Positions 37,192 through 46,598 of a stretch of DNA of 64,000 bases are shown here, one piece after another. The notes below the pieces were generated by a model that saw only the letters and a list, made by a program, of their open reading frames with translations, was not told the DNA's origin and made no database searches. How positions within the stretch are numbered: the first letter of the stretch is position 1; every line of letters begins with the position of its first letter. A program made the translations under genes and the position numbers. The stretch is from a bacterium. Its GTDB lineage: Bacteria; Patescibacteriota; Minisyncoccia; Minisyncoccales; GWA2-46-15. Where the stretch lies: positions 83,202 to 147,201 of the forward strand of contig JAUYCZ010000028.1 of assembly GCA_030704795.1 (NCBI GenBank), given 5' to 3'.

Positions 37192-38274
37192 TTAAAGTAA
37201 TCCTCTGAAGTTTCTAATATCTTTAATGGTGACAAAAACCATCAAAATTATTAATAAGGCGAAAAAGACGGTGGTGATCCTCTCCTCAACCTGGCGGGGA
37301 ACCGGCTTTTTTCTGACGGCTTCAATGCCCAAGAAAAGAAGCTTACCCCCGTCAAAAGCGGGAATGGGCAGAAGATTCAGAATGGCCACATTAATGGAAA
37401 GAAAGCCGATCATTTGCAGAAAATAACTCAGGCCCATTTCAATACCCTGACTCAAAATACCGACGATGCCCACTGGACCCATCAGTTCCAATCCCGAAGG
37501 AGCCCCTTGAAAAATCCGGGCCAGGCTTTGGCCGTAGGCGGAAATAATCATCGCCGTCATCTCAAAAGTGGCCTTAATTCCCTGAAACCAGGCCAGATAC
37601 CAGGGATAGCTCTTGAGACCGGTTCTGACCAGGGAAACTCCCAAAGGAGCTTGACCGGCGGGCGGCGAAAGGCGCGGAACCGCGCTCAATTCAAAAGTCT
37701 GACCGCCTCTCTTGATAGTCAAGACTACTTCCTGACCCTTGTTGTCGCTGATAAAATCTTGTAATTCTTTTACCTGGTTAATATTTTGAGGCCTTGATTC
37801 AAGGCCTTGAGCCATCAAAACAACGTCGCCCACTTTTAGGCCGGCGACTTGGGCCGGACTGTCAGGAGAAATAGCGCTGATCTGGACTTTTAAATCGGCG
37901 AAGCCGGTTTCGGCGTCATCAACAATGGTTGGGGAGCCGACCATAAAAACAATGGAAAATAAAACCGCGCCGACCAGCCAAAAAACAAGAGCGCCGTTAA
38001 AAATAATTAAAGCCCTCTGCCAAAGAGGCTTGTTGGTAAAAGACGAAGGGCTGTCGTCGGCTTCTTCCGGTATCCGGACAAAAGCGCCAAAGGGCAGGAG
38101 ATTAATCGAATAAAGGGTCCCCCGAAACTTCTTTCCGAAGAGCTTGGGCGGATAACCAAGGCCGAATTCCTCAACCTTGACCCCAAATTTCTTAGCGGTG
38201 AAAAAATGGCCCAGCTCATGCAGGCTGACCAAGATGAGCAAGCTCGTCAAAGCAATTAAAATAGTGAAAAACAT
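37192..38274 (-). CDS. rseP: RseP-type site-2 (M50) zinc metalloprotease with PDZ domain
   Basis: Has the HELGHF motif in TM1, a PDZ (GLKVGDVVL) and the NLLPIPAFDGG motif. Confidence 0.85.
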   Translation of the reverse strand: MFFTILIALTSLLILVSLHELGHFFTAKKFGVKVEEFGLGYPPKLFGKKFRGTLYSINLLPFGAFVRIPEEADDSPSSFTNKPLWQRALIIFNGALVFWLVGAVLFSIVFMVGSPTIVDDAETGFADLKVQISAISPDSPAQVAGLKVGDVVLMAQGLESRPQNINQVKELQDFISDNKGQEVVLTIKRGGQTFELSAVPRLSPPAGQAPLGVSLVRTGLKSYPWYLAWFQGIKATFEMTAMIISAYGQSLARIFQGAPSGLELMGPVGIVGILSQGIEMGLSYFLQMIGFLSINVAILNLLPIPAFDGGKLLFLGIEAVRKKPVPRQVEERITTVFFALLIILMVFVTIKDIRNFRGLL

Positions 38275-38278
38275 ATGA

Positions 38279-38836
38279 TTATTCCATGACCTCTTTCTTT
38301 TTCTTTTCGGTCATTTCCTCAATCTTCTCGTTATATTTTTTAACTAATTTATCCAATTCTTCTTTGCCCCGGAACTTGTCGTCTTCGCGAATCGTTCCTT
38401 CATTTTCTCCGTCCTGAATCTCTTTCCAGGCACGATCCCGAACCTTTCTGATCATAATTCTCTGTTCTTCGGCTCTCTCGGAGAGAATCCTTAAGAAGTT
38501 TTTACGGTATTCCTCGGTCAGTGGCGGCAAGGAAAGACGAATCAGATTTTTCTCCGCCATCATCCCTGAACCCAGTGAAGATCTAGACAAGGAAGCGAGA
38601 ATCGGCTCAAGGTAGGAATTATCCCAAGGCTGGATCATAATTTCTTTGGCACCGGCCGAGGAAACCACGGCCAGCTGTTTTAGGGAAAATTCCTGACCAA
38701 AGCAATTCACTCTCAGGTCGGCAATCAAAGAAGGATCGGCCCGGCCCGTTCTCATCTTAATCATTTCTTCCCAGAGATGGCCAATTAATTCTTCTAATTC
38801 CGGGGTGATTCTTTTAATGATATCTTGGTAGGTCAT
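38279..38836 (-). CDS. frr: ribosome recycling factor
   Basis: Contains MRTGRADPSLIADLRV and PLTEEYRKNF. Confidence 0.9.
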   Translation of the reverse strand: MTYQDIIKRITPELEELIGHLWEEMIKMRTGRADPSLIADLRVNCFGQEFSLKQLAVVSSAGAKEIMIQPWDNSYLEPILASLSRSSLGSGMMAEKNLIRLSLPPLTEEYRKNFLRILSERAEEQRIMIRKVRDRAWKEIQDGENEGTIREDDKFRGKEELDKLVKKYNEKIEEMTEKKKKEVME

Positions 38837-38841
38837 GGCTA

Positions 38842-39810
38842 TTAAAACAACCCGAGGATTGAATTTTCTATGGCCAGTCTCGGATTGACGTTACTTCTCG
38901 ACAAAAGATAATTCGTCTTGTCTAAGGAGAAAAGCAGGCTCTTTAATTTTGAGGCCGGGATACTCTCGGTTTTCCCAAATAACTTTTGCTGATTCTGATT
39001 CAGGTTTTCCTTTTTAACAATGCCCATTTTAACCAGAAAAAGTAAGCGGGTAAAATCCAGCCAAACTTCCAGGTTCTCTGGTAAGACGTCACTTTCTTTA
39101 GTTAAGACCTCTATTTCATGAAACCAAAAGACTAAATCTTGACTCAGCATTCCGGCAAATTTTTTGATTCTTTCTTCTTCTTTCTTTAGATCATCCGGGT
39201 TTAACAATCGCCTCGCCTTTAAAGGCTTGCCCGAAGAAAGATGGCTGATCCGATCGGCCAAAGATTCATCGGCCCCCGCGGCCAGTAAAAGATTAATAAT
39301 TTCTTGGCTTGACAAGGGGTGGAATTTGATTTCCTGGAGCCGAGAAATAATGGTTGGAACTAATAACTCCGGGTAGTCGCTGACGAGAATCAGAACCGTC
39401 TGTCCCCTCGGCTCCTCCAGGGTTTTCAGGAGGGCGGACTGGGCCGCCAAGGAAAAAGTCTGAAACTGGTCAATGATGGCGACTTTAAACTTTCCCAACC
39501 CGGGTTTCAGGCTCAACCAATCGCCCAGATGGCGGATCAAGTTAATTTCTGTTTCTTCTATTTTATCGGTATTTTCGATTAAAAGGAAATCGGGATGGCA
39601 ACTTTTCTCCATTTCTCGGCAAGAAGAGCACTGCCGGCAAGGCTTTTTGTCAAAATCCTCACTCCGACAATTTAATAATCGGGCGAATTCCTGGGCGATT
39701 TCTTTTTTCCCCAACAATCTTTTGCCGGAAAACAAGTAAGCGTGGCTCGTTTTTCCCAGCTGAACGGATTTTCTCAGAAACTGCCATTGTTTTCGGTGAC
39801 CCCACATCAT
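38842..39810 (-). CDS. holB: DNA polymerase III delta' subunit
   Basis: Contains HAYLFSG, a C..C..CxxC zinc module, HPDF and the sensor motif. Confidence 0.85.
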   Translation of the reverse strand: MMWGHRKQWQFLRKSVQLGKTSHAYLFSGKRLLGKKEIAQEFARLLNCRSEDFDKKPCRQCSSCREMEKSCHPDFLLIENTDKIEETEINLIRHLGDWLSLKPGLGKFKVAIIDQFQTFSLAAQSALLKTLEEPRGQTVLILVSDYPELLVPTIISRLQEIKFHPLSSQEIINLLLAAGADESLADRISHLSSGKPLKARRLLNPDDLKKEEERIKKFAGMLSQDLVFWFHEIEVLTKESDVLPENLEVWLDFTRLLFLVKMGIVKKENLNQNQQKLFGKTESIPASKLKSLLFSLDKTNYLLSRSNVNPRLAIENSILGLF

Positions 39811-40817
39811 TTTTTGGTCATTAAGCTTTTCTTATAGACTTCCAGGTTTTCCGCCACCACGCCCGTGCCTCGGGCCACGCACAAAAGGGGCTCGTCCGCC
39901 ACTAAACAAGGAACGCCGATCGATTGCTCGATTAATTGATCGAAATTGCGCAACAAGGCTCCCCCACCAGATAAAACAATGCCCTTATCAATGACATCAG
40001 CCGATAATTCTGGCGGCGTCTCTCTCAAGACTTGTTTAATGGTCTGAATGATTTCCATCAGAACATCGCTGATGGCAAAGCAAACTTCATTGGAGGAAAT
40101 CTTAACCGTTTTGGGCAGACCCAAAATGAGGTCTCGGCCTCGGATCTGCATGAGTCTTTCTTCCTTCTCGGGCAGAGCCGTGGCAATATTAATCTTAATT
40201 TCTTCGGCGGTTTGCTCGCCAATCGCCAGATTGTGTTTTTCCTTGATGTAATTAGCAATGGCTTCGTCAAGCTTGTCTCCGGCCATCCTGATTGACCCCC
40301 AGTTAACGATTCCGCCCAGGGAGATGACGGCCATTTCAGAAGTGCCGCCGCCGATGTCAACAATCATACTCCCCGAAGAAGTATTGATCGGGATGCCGGC
40401 GCCAATGGCGGCCAGAATCGGTTCTTTGGCGGTAAAAACAGCTTTAGCTCCGGCGTTGGTTCCGGCCTCAACCACCGCCCTTCTTTCGGTTGAAGTAACG
40501 CCGGCCGGCACGCCGATAATCAGTTCTGGCTTAAAAAACCGGGCCATTTGACTGGTCTTGTCAATAAAATATCTCAACATGGCCTGAGTCACCCTGAAAT
40601 CAGCGATGACTCCGTCTTTGAGAGGTCGGTAAACCCTCAGAGTGTCTGGGGTCTTGCCGAGCATTTCCTTAGCTTCACGACCAATCGCTAAGATCCGGTT
40701 TTCCAACAGAGAAACGGCCACGACTGACGGTTCTTGCAAAATCACCCCTTTAGGCGGAGCAAAAACTACCGAGTTACAGGTGCCTAAATCAATGCCAATT
40801 TTTCTAACCAAAAACAT
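39807..40817 (-). CDS. mreB: MreB-like actin ATPase, paralog 2
   Basis: Contains IGIDLGTCNSVVF, DIGGGTSEMAVISLGG and LSGGGALLRN. I prefer the ATG at 40817, because the longer ORF-track start adds 46 non-homologous residues and collides with the divergent gene. Confidence 0.85.
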   Translation of the reverse strand: MFLVRKIGIDLGTCNSVVFAPPKGVILQEPSVVAVSLLENRILAIGREAKEMLGKTPDTLRVYRPLKDGVIADFRVTQAMLRYFIDKTSQMARFFKPELIIGVPAGVTSTERRAVVEAGTNAGAKAVFTAKEPILAAIGAGIPINTSSGSMIVDIGGGTSEMAVISLGGIVNWGSIRMAGDKLDEAIANYIKEKHNLAIGEQTAEEIKINIATALPEKEERLMQIRGRDLILGLPKTVKISSNEVCFAISDVLMEIIQTIKQVLRETPPELSADVIDKGIVLSGGGALLRNFDQLIEQSIGVPCLVADEPLLCVARGTGVVAENLEVYKKSLMTKK

Positions 40818-40888
40818 TGTCTTTGAATTATTCTTTAATCTTAAATAAAAAACTGGAAGATAGCAAGTTTTTAAGTTAAAATGAAAGA

Positions 40889-42307
40889 ATGACCAAACGA
40901 ACACGCACCTTCCTGTTTTTCGCCTGCTCAGCTGCTTTCTTAATTGTTGCGCCAACGGTTCTTCTTTATAATCAGGGCTATCGTTTTGACCTGAACACCT
41001 ACCGAATAACCAAAACCGGCGCTTTTTACTTCGGGATCTCTCCCCGAGGCAGCGATGTTTTCATTAACGGCCAATTAAAAAAGAGGACTGATTTCTTCTT
41101 TGGTTCCGCCCTGATTGAAGAGTTGCTGCCCGGAAACTACTTAGTTGAGATAAAAAAGGAGGGGTATTTCCCCTGGAAGAAAAACTTGGAAGTGAAAGCC
41201 ATGGCCGTCACCGAAGAAAACAATGTTGTTCTTTTTCCGGAAAAAACCGACTTCCAGATTTTCGCCAAGGGAGTGGAAAGATTTTTCCCTTCCCCTTCCG
41301 GGAAAAAAGCGCTCTTGCAGAAAAAAGACTCCCAGGGACAATATTTAACCCTCTTTGATTTTCAGAATAACATTGAAAAAGTCTTCGTCAGGGAAAAGGA
41401 TCTTTATAAAAAAAACGGAGCAGTTTTTTTTCTAGACCTCCAGTGGTCAGCCGATTCCCAAAAAATCCTGATGCGCTATGCCATTAATGAGCAAGAGAAG
41501 ATTTTTTGGGCCGACACTCAACAGAATCCGGCTAGCCCGGTTGCCCTAGATTTCCTCAAAGATTTTGAAAAGGTTGATTTTTCTCCTGACTCGCCCAACG
41601 GCCGCAAATTCCTCGGCCTTAAAGAACAAACTCTTTTTTCGGGCGACCTTGATTCTAAAAGAACCACAGAAATTTTGAATCATGTCTTGGCTTTTGGATC
41701 TCTCGAAGGGAAGATTTACCTTTTAGAAAACAGTGGGTTTGTCTTTCGGATTGATAGCTTAGCGGCGGCCGAAAAACAGAAATTAAACGATGTTCCCCTC
41801 GCCGTAAAAGACGAGGTCTCCTACGGGCTGGAGCTTTCTCCTTCGGGCCTCTTTCTCCGGGAGGCGGACAGCCTCTTTCTTCTCGCTGAAAGTCCCGAGT
41901 CCATTCGAGGGAACGAAAAAACCAAGTCTTTTGTCGAAATCTCTGAATCGATCAGAGACTTCAAAATTTCTCCAGACAAAGAAAAGCTGGCTTATTTTAA
42001 CAACTCTGAAATCTCAATCTATTTCCTCAAAGAAAGGGTGGAACAACCACAGAAAAAAGCAGGTGACCGGATCCTGTTGGCCCGGTTTTCCCAAAAAATC
42101 AGCCAGCTCTATTGGTTAAATAACGATTATTTAATCTTCGTGGTCGGTGACAAGATTAAAATCAGCGAGATTGACGACCGCGACCAACCCAACGTCGTTG
42201 AAATTGCCGAATTCAGGAGTCCGCAAATATTTTTTAAGAAGGATAACAAAAAAGCTTCGGTCCTAACCGAAAGCAACTTTCTCCTTTCGACAAATCTCTT
42301 ACCCTAG
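40889..42307 (+). CDS. membrane-anchored PEGA-domain protein with probable beta-propeller-like C-terminal region
   Basis: Has an N-terminal TM segment and a PEGA-like segment (DVFINGQ...LPGNYLVEIKKEGYFPWKKNLEV). It is divergent from mreB2. Confidence 0.6.
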   Translation: MTKRTRTFLFFACSAAFLIVAPTVLLYNQGYRFDLNTYRITKTGAFYFGISPRGSDVFINGQLKKRTDFFFGSALIEELLPGNYLVEIKKEGYFPWKKNLEVKAMAVTEENNVVLFPEKTDFQIFAKGVERFFPSPSGKKALLQKKDSQGQYLTLFDFQNNIEKVFVREKDLYKKNGAVFFLDLQWSADSQKILMRYAINEQEKIFWADTQQNPASPVALDFLKDFEKVDFSPDSPNGRKFLGLKEQTLFSGDLDSKRTTEILNHVLAFGSLEGKIYLLENSGFVFRIDSLAAAEKQKLNDVPLAVKDEVSYGLELSPSGLFLREADSLFLLAESPESIRGNEKTKSFVEISESIRDFKISPDKEKLAYFNNSEISIYFLKERVEQPQKKAGDRILLARFSQKISQLYWLNNDYLIFVVGDKIKISEIDDRDQPNVVEIAEFRSPQIFFKKDNKKASVLTESNFLLSTNLLP

Positions 42308-42324
42308 TTGTTTAACCCCTGAGG

Positions 42325-42507
42325 TTAAACAAGAGGGGTCCCGGAATACTTTTGTAAAAGGAGAATGAGAACGATAAAAATCAATACCCCGACAATGGCC
42401 GCAATGCCAAATTCCATCTGTTGACACTGGCCGCCGAACCGGCAAACCATATAACCAAGGGCGAGACAGATAAAGAAAGCGATGATGACAAAAATGGGAC
42501 CGATCAT
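42325..42507 (-). CDS. possible small two-TM membrane protein (60 aa)
   Basis: Only an ORF with two hydrophobic segments. No recognised homology. Confidence 0.3.
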   Translation of the reverse strand: MIGPIFVIIAFFICLALGYMVCRFGGQCQQMEFGIAAIVGVLIFIVLILLLQKYSGTPLV

Positions 42508-42550
42508 GGTATAAATTCGTTAGAAACTAAGTTTCTAACACTCAAAGATA

Positions 42551-43054
42551 TTATCTTTTTTGCCACTGGGGGGCTTTGCGGGCTCTCTTTAAGCCAAACT
42601 TCTTTCTCTCTCGCATTCGTGGATCTCGAGTCAAATAGCCTAATTTTCTCAGTTTTTTGTAGGCCTCGGGAGATAACTCGACCAAGGCTCGGCTGATTCC
42701 CAATCTGACCGCCTCGGCCTGCGCCTTAATGCCCCCGCCCCGAACAATGATTTCCAGTCCCAATTTTTCAACCAGATCGGTTTTAGACAGGGCTTCGCTG
42801 GCCAGGCGTTGTAAAAACGGGGTAGAAAAATACTGACGATAATCTTTTTTATTGACCAAAAATCTTTCTTCCCCTTTTGGAAATAAGCGGATTCGAGCGA
42901 CCGCCGTTTTCCTCCGGCCAAGACTTTCAATATACCGAGGCGAAGCCGGGAGGGTGGCCTTTTTTGTTTCTATCTTGACCGTTTTTTTTATCTTCTTTTT
43001 CGGGACCGCTTTCTTTTTCGGAATGCTTTTTGCCTTCACTTTTTCTTTAACCAT
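42551..43054 (-). CDS. rpsI: 30S ribosomal protein S9 with Lys-rich N-terminal extension
   Basis: Contains GRRKTAVARIRL and the C-terminal KKFGLKRARKAPQWQKR. Confidence 0.9.
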   Translation of the reverse strand: MVKEKVKAKSIPKKKAVPKKKIKKTVKIETKKATLPASPRYIESLGRRKTAVARIRLFPKGEERFLVNKKDYRQYFSTPFLQRLASEALSKTDLVEKLGLEIIVRGGGIKAQAEAVRLGISRALVELSPEAYKKLRKLGYLTRDPRMRERKKFGLKRARKAPQWQKR

Positions 43055-43073
43055 TTCTCTTTCTTGAATCTTA

Positions 43074-43089
43074 CCTCGCTCTAACGAGG
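43074..43089 (-). repeat. conserved post-stop hairpin CCTCG-CTCTAA-CGAGG (copy 2)
   Basis: Lies immediately 3' of the rplM TAG stop, with the same flanks as the copy at 19834-19849. Confidence 0.7.
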
Positions 43090-43446
43090 CTAAGATTTTT
43101 TAAATCTTAAATTCTTGATAATTTTCAAACTCAGCCTGTTATGAGGTAGCATGCCGAAAACGGCTCGGCGTAAGACCTTCTCAGGCTTAGTCTCTAAGAC
43201 TTTCTTAATCGGAACTTGCTTGGCCCCTTTGGGATAGCCCGAATGAGAAAAGTATTTTTTCTGGCTCTCTTTTTTCCCCGTCAAAACCATCTGACCGACA
43301 TTCTCGATAACAACCATTTCCCCGCTTTCTTTATAGGGAAGAAAGTTGGGACTCTGTTTTCCCCTCAGGAGCTGGGCGATCTGGCTCGCCAGTCGACCGA
43401 GAGACCGACCCCGAGCGTCAATGGTATGGATTTGCGCCTTGTTCAT
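43090..43446 (-). CDS. rplM: 50S ribosomal protein L13 (short form)
   Basis: Contains GRLASQIAQLLRGK and GMLPHNRL. Confidence 0.9.
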   Translation of the reverse strand: MNKAQIHTIDARGRSLGRLASQIAQLLRGKQSPNFLPYKESGEMVVIENVGQMVLTGKKESQKKYFSHSGYPKGAKQVPIKKVLETKPEKVLRRAVFGMLPHNRLSLKIIKNLRFKKS

Positions 43447-43476
43447 GTGCTGAGATCATCTTTTCAGATGAGCTGA

Positions 43477-43827
43477 TCATTTAATTAACTCAATAATCGT
43501 CATCTCGGCCGCATCCGAGCGGCGCGGTCCTAATTTTAAAATCCTCAGATAGCCACCGGATCTTTGTTGGTACCTCGGCCCCAATTCCTTAATCAACTTT
43601 CTCACGACTCTGTTTGAAAAAAGTCCCGCCAGAGCCCTCTGAGAGCTGAGGTTTTGCTTCTTAGCTAAAGTGATGGCCTTCTCAACAAAAGGCGCCATTT
43701 CTTTCGCTTTGGCCCGGGTCGTCTTAATCCTCTCTTTTAAAACCAAGTTGGTAGCCAAAATCTTCAGCAATGCCCGACGCTGATCTCTTTTTCTGGATAG
43801 TTTTCGACCCTTTTTAAGCTTTCGCAT
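43477..43827 (-). CDS. rplQ: 50S ribosomal protein L17
   Basis: LSRKRDQRRALLKILATNLVLKERIKTT. Confidence 0.9.
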   Translation of the reverse strand: MRKLKKGRKLSRKRDQRRALLKILATNLVLKERIKTTRAKAKEMAPFVEKAITLAKKQNLSSQRALAGLFSNRVVRKLIKELGPRYQQRSGGYLRILKLGPRRSDAAEMTIIELIK

Positions 43828-44596
43828 TTCTGCTGGATTTCTTTGCTTTAACTGCTTTCTTTTTCGGTTTTATCTTTTTTTCTGTTTTTTTCTTGGCTTC
43901 CGGTTTTTCTTCAACGACCAAGCTTTGACTGACCAGCGAAAAATGGTCAACGAGAATTTGCGCCGCCCGGGAAACGGCTTCAGCCGGCGTAATCGTCCCA
44001 TCGGTCTCGACCTCGAGGCGCAGTTTGTCAAAATCGGTTCTTTCCCCCACGCGCATGTTTTCCACTTGATAGCCAACTTTCCTGACCGGAGTAAAAATGG
44101 CGTCAACCAGAATCTCGCCAATGGCTAACTTACCTCTTTTTCTTTTTTCCCGAGGCAAATAGCCAATCCCTTTTTCTACTTCAATCTCGATTTCCAAATC
44201 AGCTGATTTAGCCGTTAGGCTGGCCAGGTGCTCATCCTTATTGATCAGTTCCAGCTGGGAGGGCAGGCTAAAGTCTTTTCCTTTGACTTCTTTCTCTCCC
44301 TTGATTTTTAAAGTTGCTTTCTGGGGTTCTTCAGAAAATATCTTAAACCTCAATTTCTTCAAATTAAGCATGATCTGGATGACATCTTCGAGAACGCCCG
44401 GGATAGTCGAAAATTCATGGGATACACCCTTAATCTTCATCTTGGCCACGGCCGCCCCGGGCAAAGAAGAAAGCAAAACTCGTCTCAGGCTATTCCCTAC
44501 GGTGACGCCATAGCCCGGATAAAGGGCTTCTATCTCGAAGACGGCCTGGTTATCTTTTTCCGAAATAACTTTGGGTTTTAAAAACAAGGAGATCAT
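43814..44596 (-). CDS. rpoA: RNA polymerase alpha subunit, N-terminal domain only with Lys-rich tail (no alpha-CTD)
   Basis: Contains PGYGVTVGNSLRRVLLSSLPGAAV. It is only 260 aa, and after about residue 225 there is just EEKPEAKKKTEKKIKPKKKAVKAKK. Confidence 0.9.
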   Translation of the reverse strand: MISLFLKPKVISEKDNQAVFEIEALYPGYGVTVGNSLRRVLLSSLPGAAVAKMKIKGVSHEFSTIPGVLEDVIQIMLNLKKLRFKIFSEEPQKATLKIKGEKEVKGKDFSLPSQLELINKDEHLASLTAKSADLEIEIEVEKGIGYLPREKRKRGKLAIGEILVDAIFTPVRKVGYQVENMRVGERTDFDKLRLEVETDGTITPAEAVSRAAQILVDHFSLVSQSLVVEEKPEAKKKTEKKIKPKKKAVKAKKSSRNAKA

Positions 44597-44616
44597 TATT
44601 ATAAACTTTACTTTAA

Positions 44617-45264
44617 TTAACGTGAATAAAATTCAAAGATGGCCGGAATCTCCGCCGGCAGGCTTTCGACATCCAAGATCGGATCAGATAAAATTTTGGC
44701 CTCAAGGGTCTGAGGATTAACCTGCAACCACTCGGGCGATTTCTGTCCCTTAATGAATTGAACCGCGTTTTGAAAGATTTTCTTCTTCGTCTTTTGCGGC
44801 TTGATAGAAATCTGGTCGTCTTTCTTAACCCGATAAGAAGGAATATCAACGTGGCGGCCGTTAACTCTGAAATAGCCGTGTGAGACCAATTGCCGAGCCA
44901 GGGCGCGAGAACTAACGATGCCCATTCTGAAAACAACGCTATCGAGTCGGGATTCCAATCTCTTAATCAAAAGTTGGGTCGCATCTTCTTCCTTCTCCTT
45001 CTGGATTCTCTTCGTCTTATTCAAGATTTCCTTAACATATTTCTTGAATTGCCTTTCCCCCAGGCCATACCAGGCCTTAAGCTTTTGTTTCTCTCTCAAT
45101 TCTTTGCCGTATTCGGACAAAGAGCCTCTCCTTCTCTTTCTCTTGATTCCGGGCGGCGTCGGTCTTTTAATCATGGCACACTTGGGAGAAAAACAACGCT
45201 CGCCTCTCAGGAAGAGTTTTACGCCTTGTCTCCGACAAACTTTACACTTAGAATCCAATGGCAT
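44617..45264 (-). CDS. rpsD: 30S ribosomal protein S4
   Basis: CKVCRRQGVKLFLRGERC zinc motif and an S4 domain. Confidence 0.95.
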   Translation of the reverse strand: MPLDSKCKVCRRQGVKLFLRGERCFSPKCAMIKRPTPPGIKRKRRRGSLSEYGKELREKQKLKAWYGLGERQFKKYVKEILNKTKRIQKEKEEDATQLLIKRLESRLDSVVFRMGIVSSRALARQLVSHGYFRVNGRHVDIPSYRVKKDDQISIKPQKTKKKIFQNAVQFIKGQKSPEWLQVNPQTLEAKILSDPILDVESLPAEIPAIFEFYSR

Positions 45265-45284
45265 AGTGATGCTGAAAAAGATAA

Positions 45285-45731
45285 CTAGACTCTTCTTACC
45301 TTGGGCGGCCGACAGCCGTTATGAGGAACGGGCGTCGCGTCCTTGATCGAAAGAATCTCTAATCCACGGCCGGCCAAAGACCTCAAGGCCGATTCCCGAC
45401 CAGAACCAATTCCCTTGATAATAATCCAAACCTTGACGACGCCGATCTTTTTAGCTCTTTCGGCCAAAGCTTCAGCGACCTTCGAAGCAGCAAAAGGAGT
45501 CGATTTCTTGGTCCCTTTAAAGCCAAGGCTACCCGCGCTGACCCCGGTCAGAGCATTGCCCCTCATATCGGTCAGAGTAATGATGGTGTTGTTGTAGGTG
45601 GAATTAATATAGACAGAGCCTTCGTTAATTCCTAAACTAGCCTTTCTAGATAAGGCGATTTCCGCTTTTTTCTCGGCGGCTTCCCCGGTCAAACCCGGTT
45701 CAGTTTTTGTAATAATGCGTTTCTTACCCAT
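45285..45731 (-). CDS. rpsK: 30S ribosomal protein S11
   Basis: Contains NNTIITLTD..G and TPVPHNGCRPPKVRRV. Confidence 0.95.
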   Translation of the reverse strand: MGKKRIITKTEPGLTGEAAEKKAEIALSRKASLGINEGSVYINSTYNNTIITLTDMRGNALTGVSAGSLGFKGTKKSTPFAASKVAEALAERAKKIGVVKVWIIIKGIGSGRESALRSLAGRGLEILSIKDATPVPHNGCRPPKVRRV

Positions 45732-45770
45732 GTTTTTTACCTTTTTGCGGAGCGAAAAGGCTAAGCTTGC

Positions 45771-46160
45771 TTATGTTGGCTCGGCGGCCGGCTTTCGTCC
45801 GGAACCCACCGTCTTCCTGACATTGCCCCTGACGGTCCGTGTATTGGTCTTGGTCTTTTGACCTCTGACCGGCAACTTCTTGGCATGCCGGAGACCGCGC
45901 CAAGACCCAATATCCTTTAAACGTTTGATATTCGTCATGACCTGACGACGCAAATCACCTTCTGTCTTATAGCCTTTATCAATCAGCTCTTTTAAGCGAT
46001 TCAGTTCTTGAGGCGTCAAGTCCGCCGCTTTCTTGTCAAAAGGGATACCTGCCTCGGCCAAAATCTTCCGACTCGATGGCCGGCCAAGGCCATAGATATA
46101 GGTCAAGGCAATCTCAATGTGTTTTTTTTCTGGAATATTAATCCCGAGAAGACGCGGCAT
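45771..46160 (-). CDS. rpsM: 30S ribosomal protein S13
   Basis: Contains MPRLLGINIP and WRGLRH..LPVRGQKTKTN. Confidence 0.95.
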   Translation of the reverse strand: MPRLLGINIPEKKHIEIALTYIYGLGRPSSRKILAEAGIPFDKKAADLTPQELNRLKELIDKGYKTEGDLRRQVMTNIKRLKDIGSWRGLRHAKKLPVRGQKTKTNTRTVRGNVRKTVGSGRKPAAEPT

Positions 46161-46165
46161 AATCG

Positions 46166-46279
46166 TTAACCTTGTCTCATCTTATGCTTTGGATTCTGAC
46201 AAATTAAATATACCCTTCTTTTTCGGCGGACGATTTTACAGTGATTACAAATTTTCTTGATTGAAGGTTTGACTTTCAT
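46166..46279 (-). CDS. rpmJ: 50S ribosomal protein L36 (not in the supplied ORF track)
   Basis: Hand translation gives [37 protein letters not shown]. The ATG at 46279 and TAA at 46166-46168 were verified. Confidence 0.9.
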   Translation of the reverse strand: MKVKPSIKKICNHCKIVRRKRRVYLICQNPKHKMRQG

Positions 46280-46284
46280 TTTGG

Positions 46285-46545
46285 CTAGTTCCGGTTTCGA
46301 TTGTAATTTCGGGGCGGACCGGAAAAGGTTGATTCTCGATAGACGATCCGACCTCTCTTTTCGTCATAAGGACTCAATTCCACCTGAACCGTATCGCCCA
46401 CCAAGATCTTAATCCGGTGTATCCTCAGTTTACCAGAAAGATGGGCAAGAACCTCTGGTCCTGTCTCTAACTGAACTCGAAAATTAGTGCTTGGCAAAGC
46501 TTCGAGAACAATACCTTTCTTTTTGATTTTTGGACTCTGAACCAT
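46285..46545 (-). CDS. infA: translation initiation factor IF-1 with short C-terminal extension
   Basis: [43 protein letters not shown]. The ATG at 46545 was verified. Confidence 0.9.
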   Translation of the reverse strand: MVQSPKIKKKGIVLEALPSTNFRVQLETGPEVLAHLSGKLRIHRIKILVGDTVQVELSPYDEKRGRIVYRESTFSGPPRNYNRNRN

Positions 46546-46598
46546 TAAATTATTAGCATCATGTAGTGTAGCAGAAAAGCCCGCTGGGGTCAACTCTT

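Noticed and set aside
40818-40955. N-terminal 46-aa extension of MreB paralog 2 given in the ORF track. Similar over-long starts were noted for rplN (61855), infA (46593), rpmC (62443), trmD (5978), the DUF59 gene (2407), miaA (17051) and the Kazal gene (15756).
   Set aside because: The extensions have no homology to the respective families, overlap neighbouring genes or repeat elements, and internal ATG or GTG codons reproduce the canonical N-termini.
42521-42541. Perfect 9-bp hairpin GTTAGAAAC-TAA-GTTTCTAAC downstream of rpsI, considered as a terminator
   Set aside because: It is AT-rich and is not followed by a U tract on the transcribed strand. It may still be a weak terminator or processing site, but I cannot support a call.
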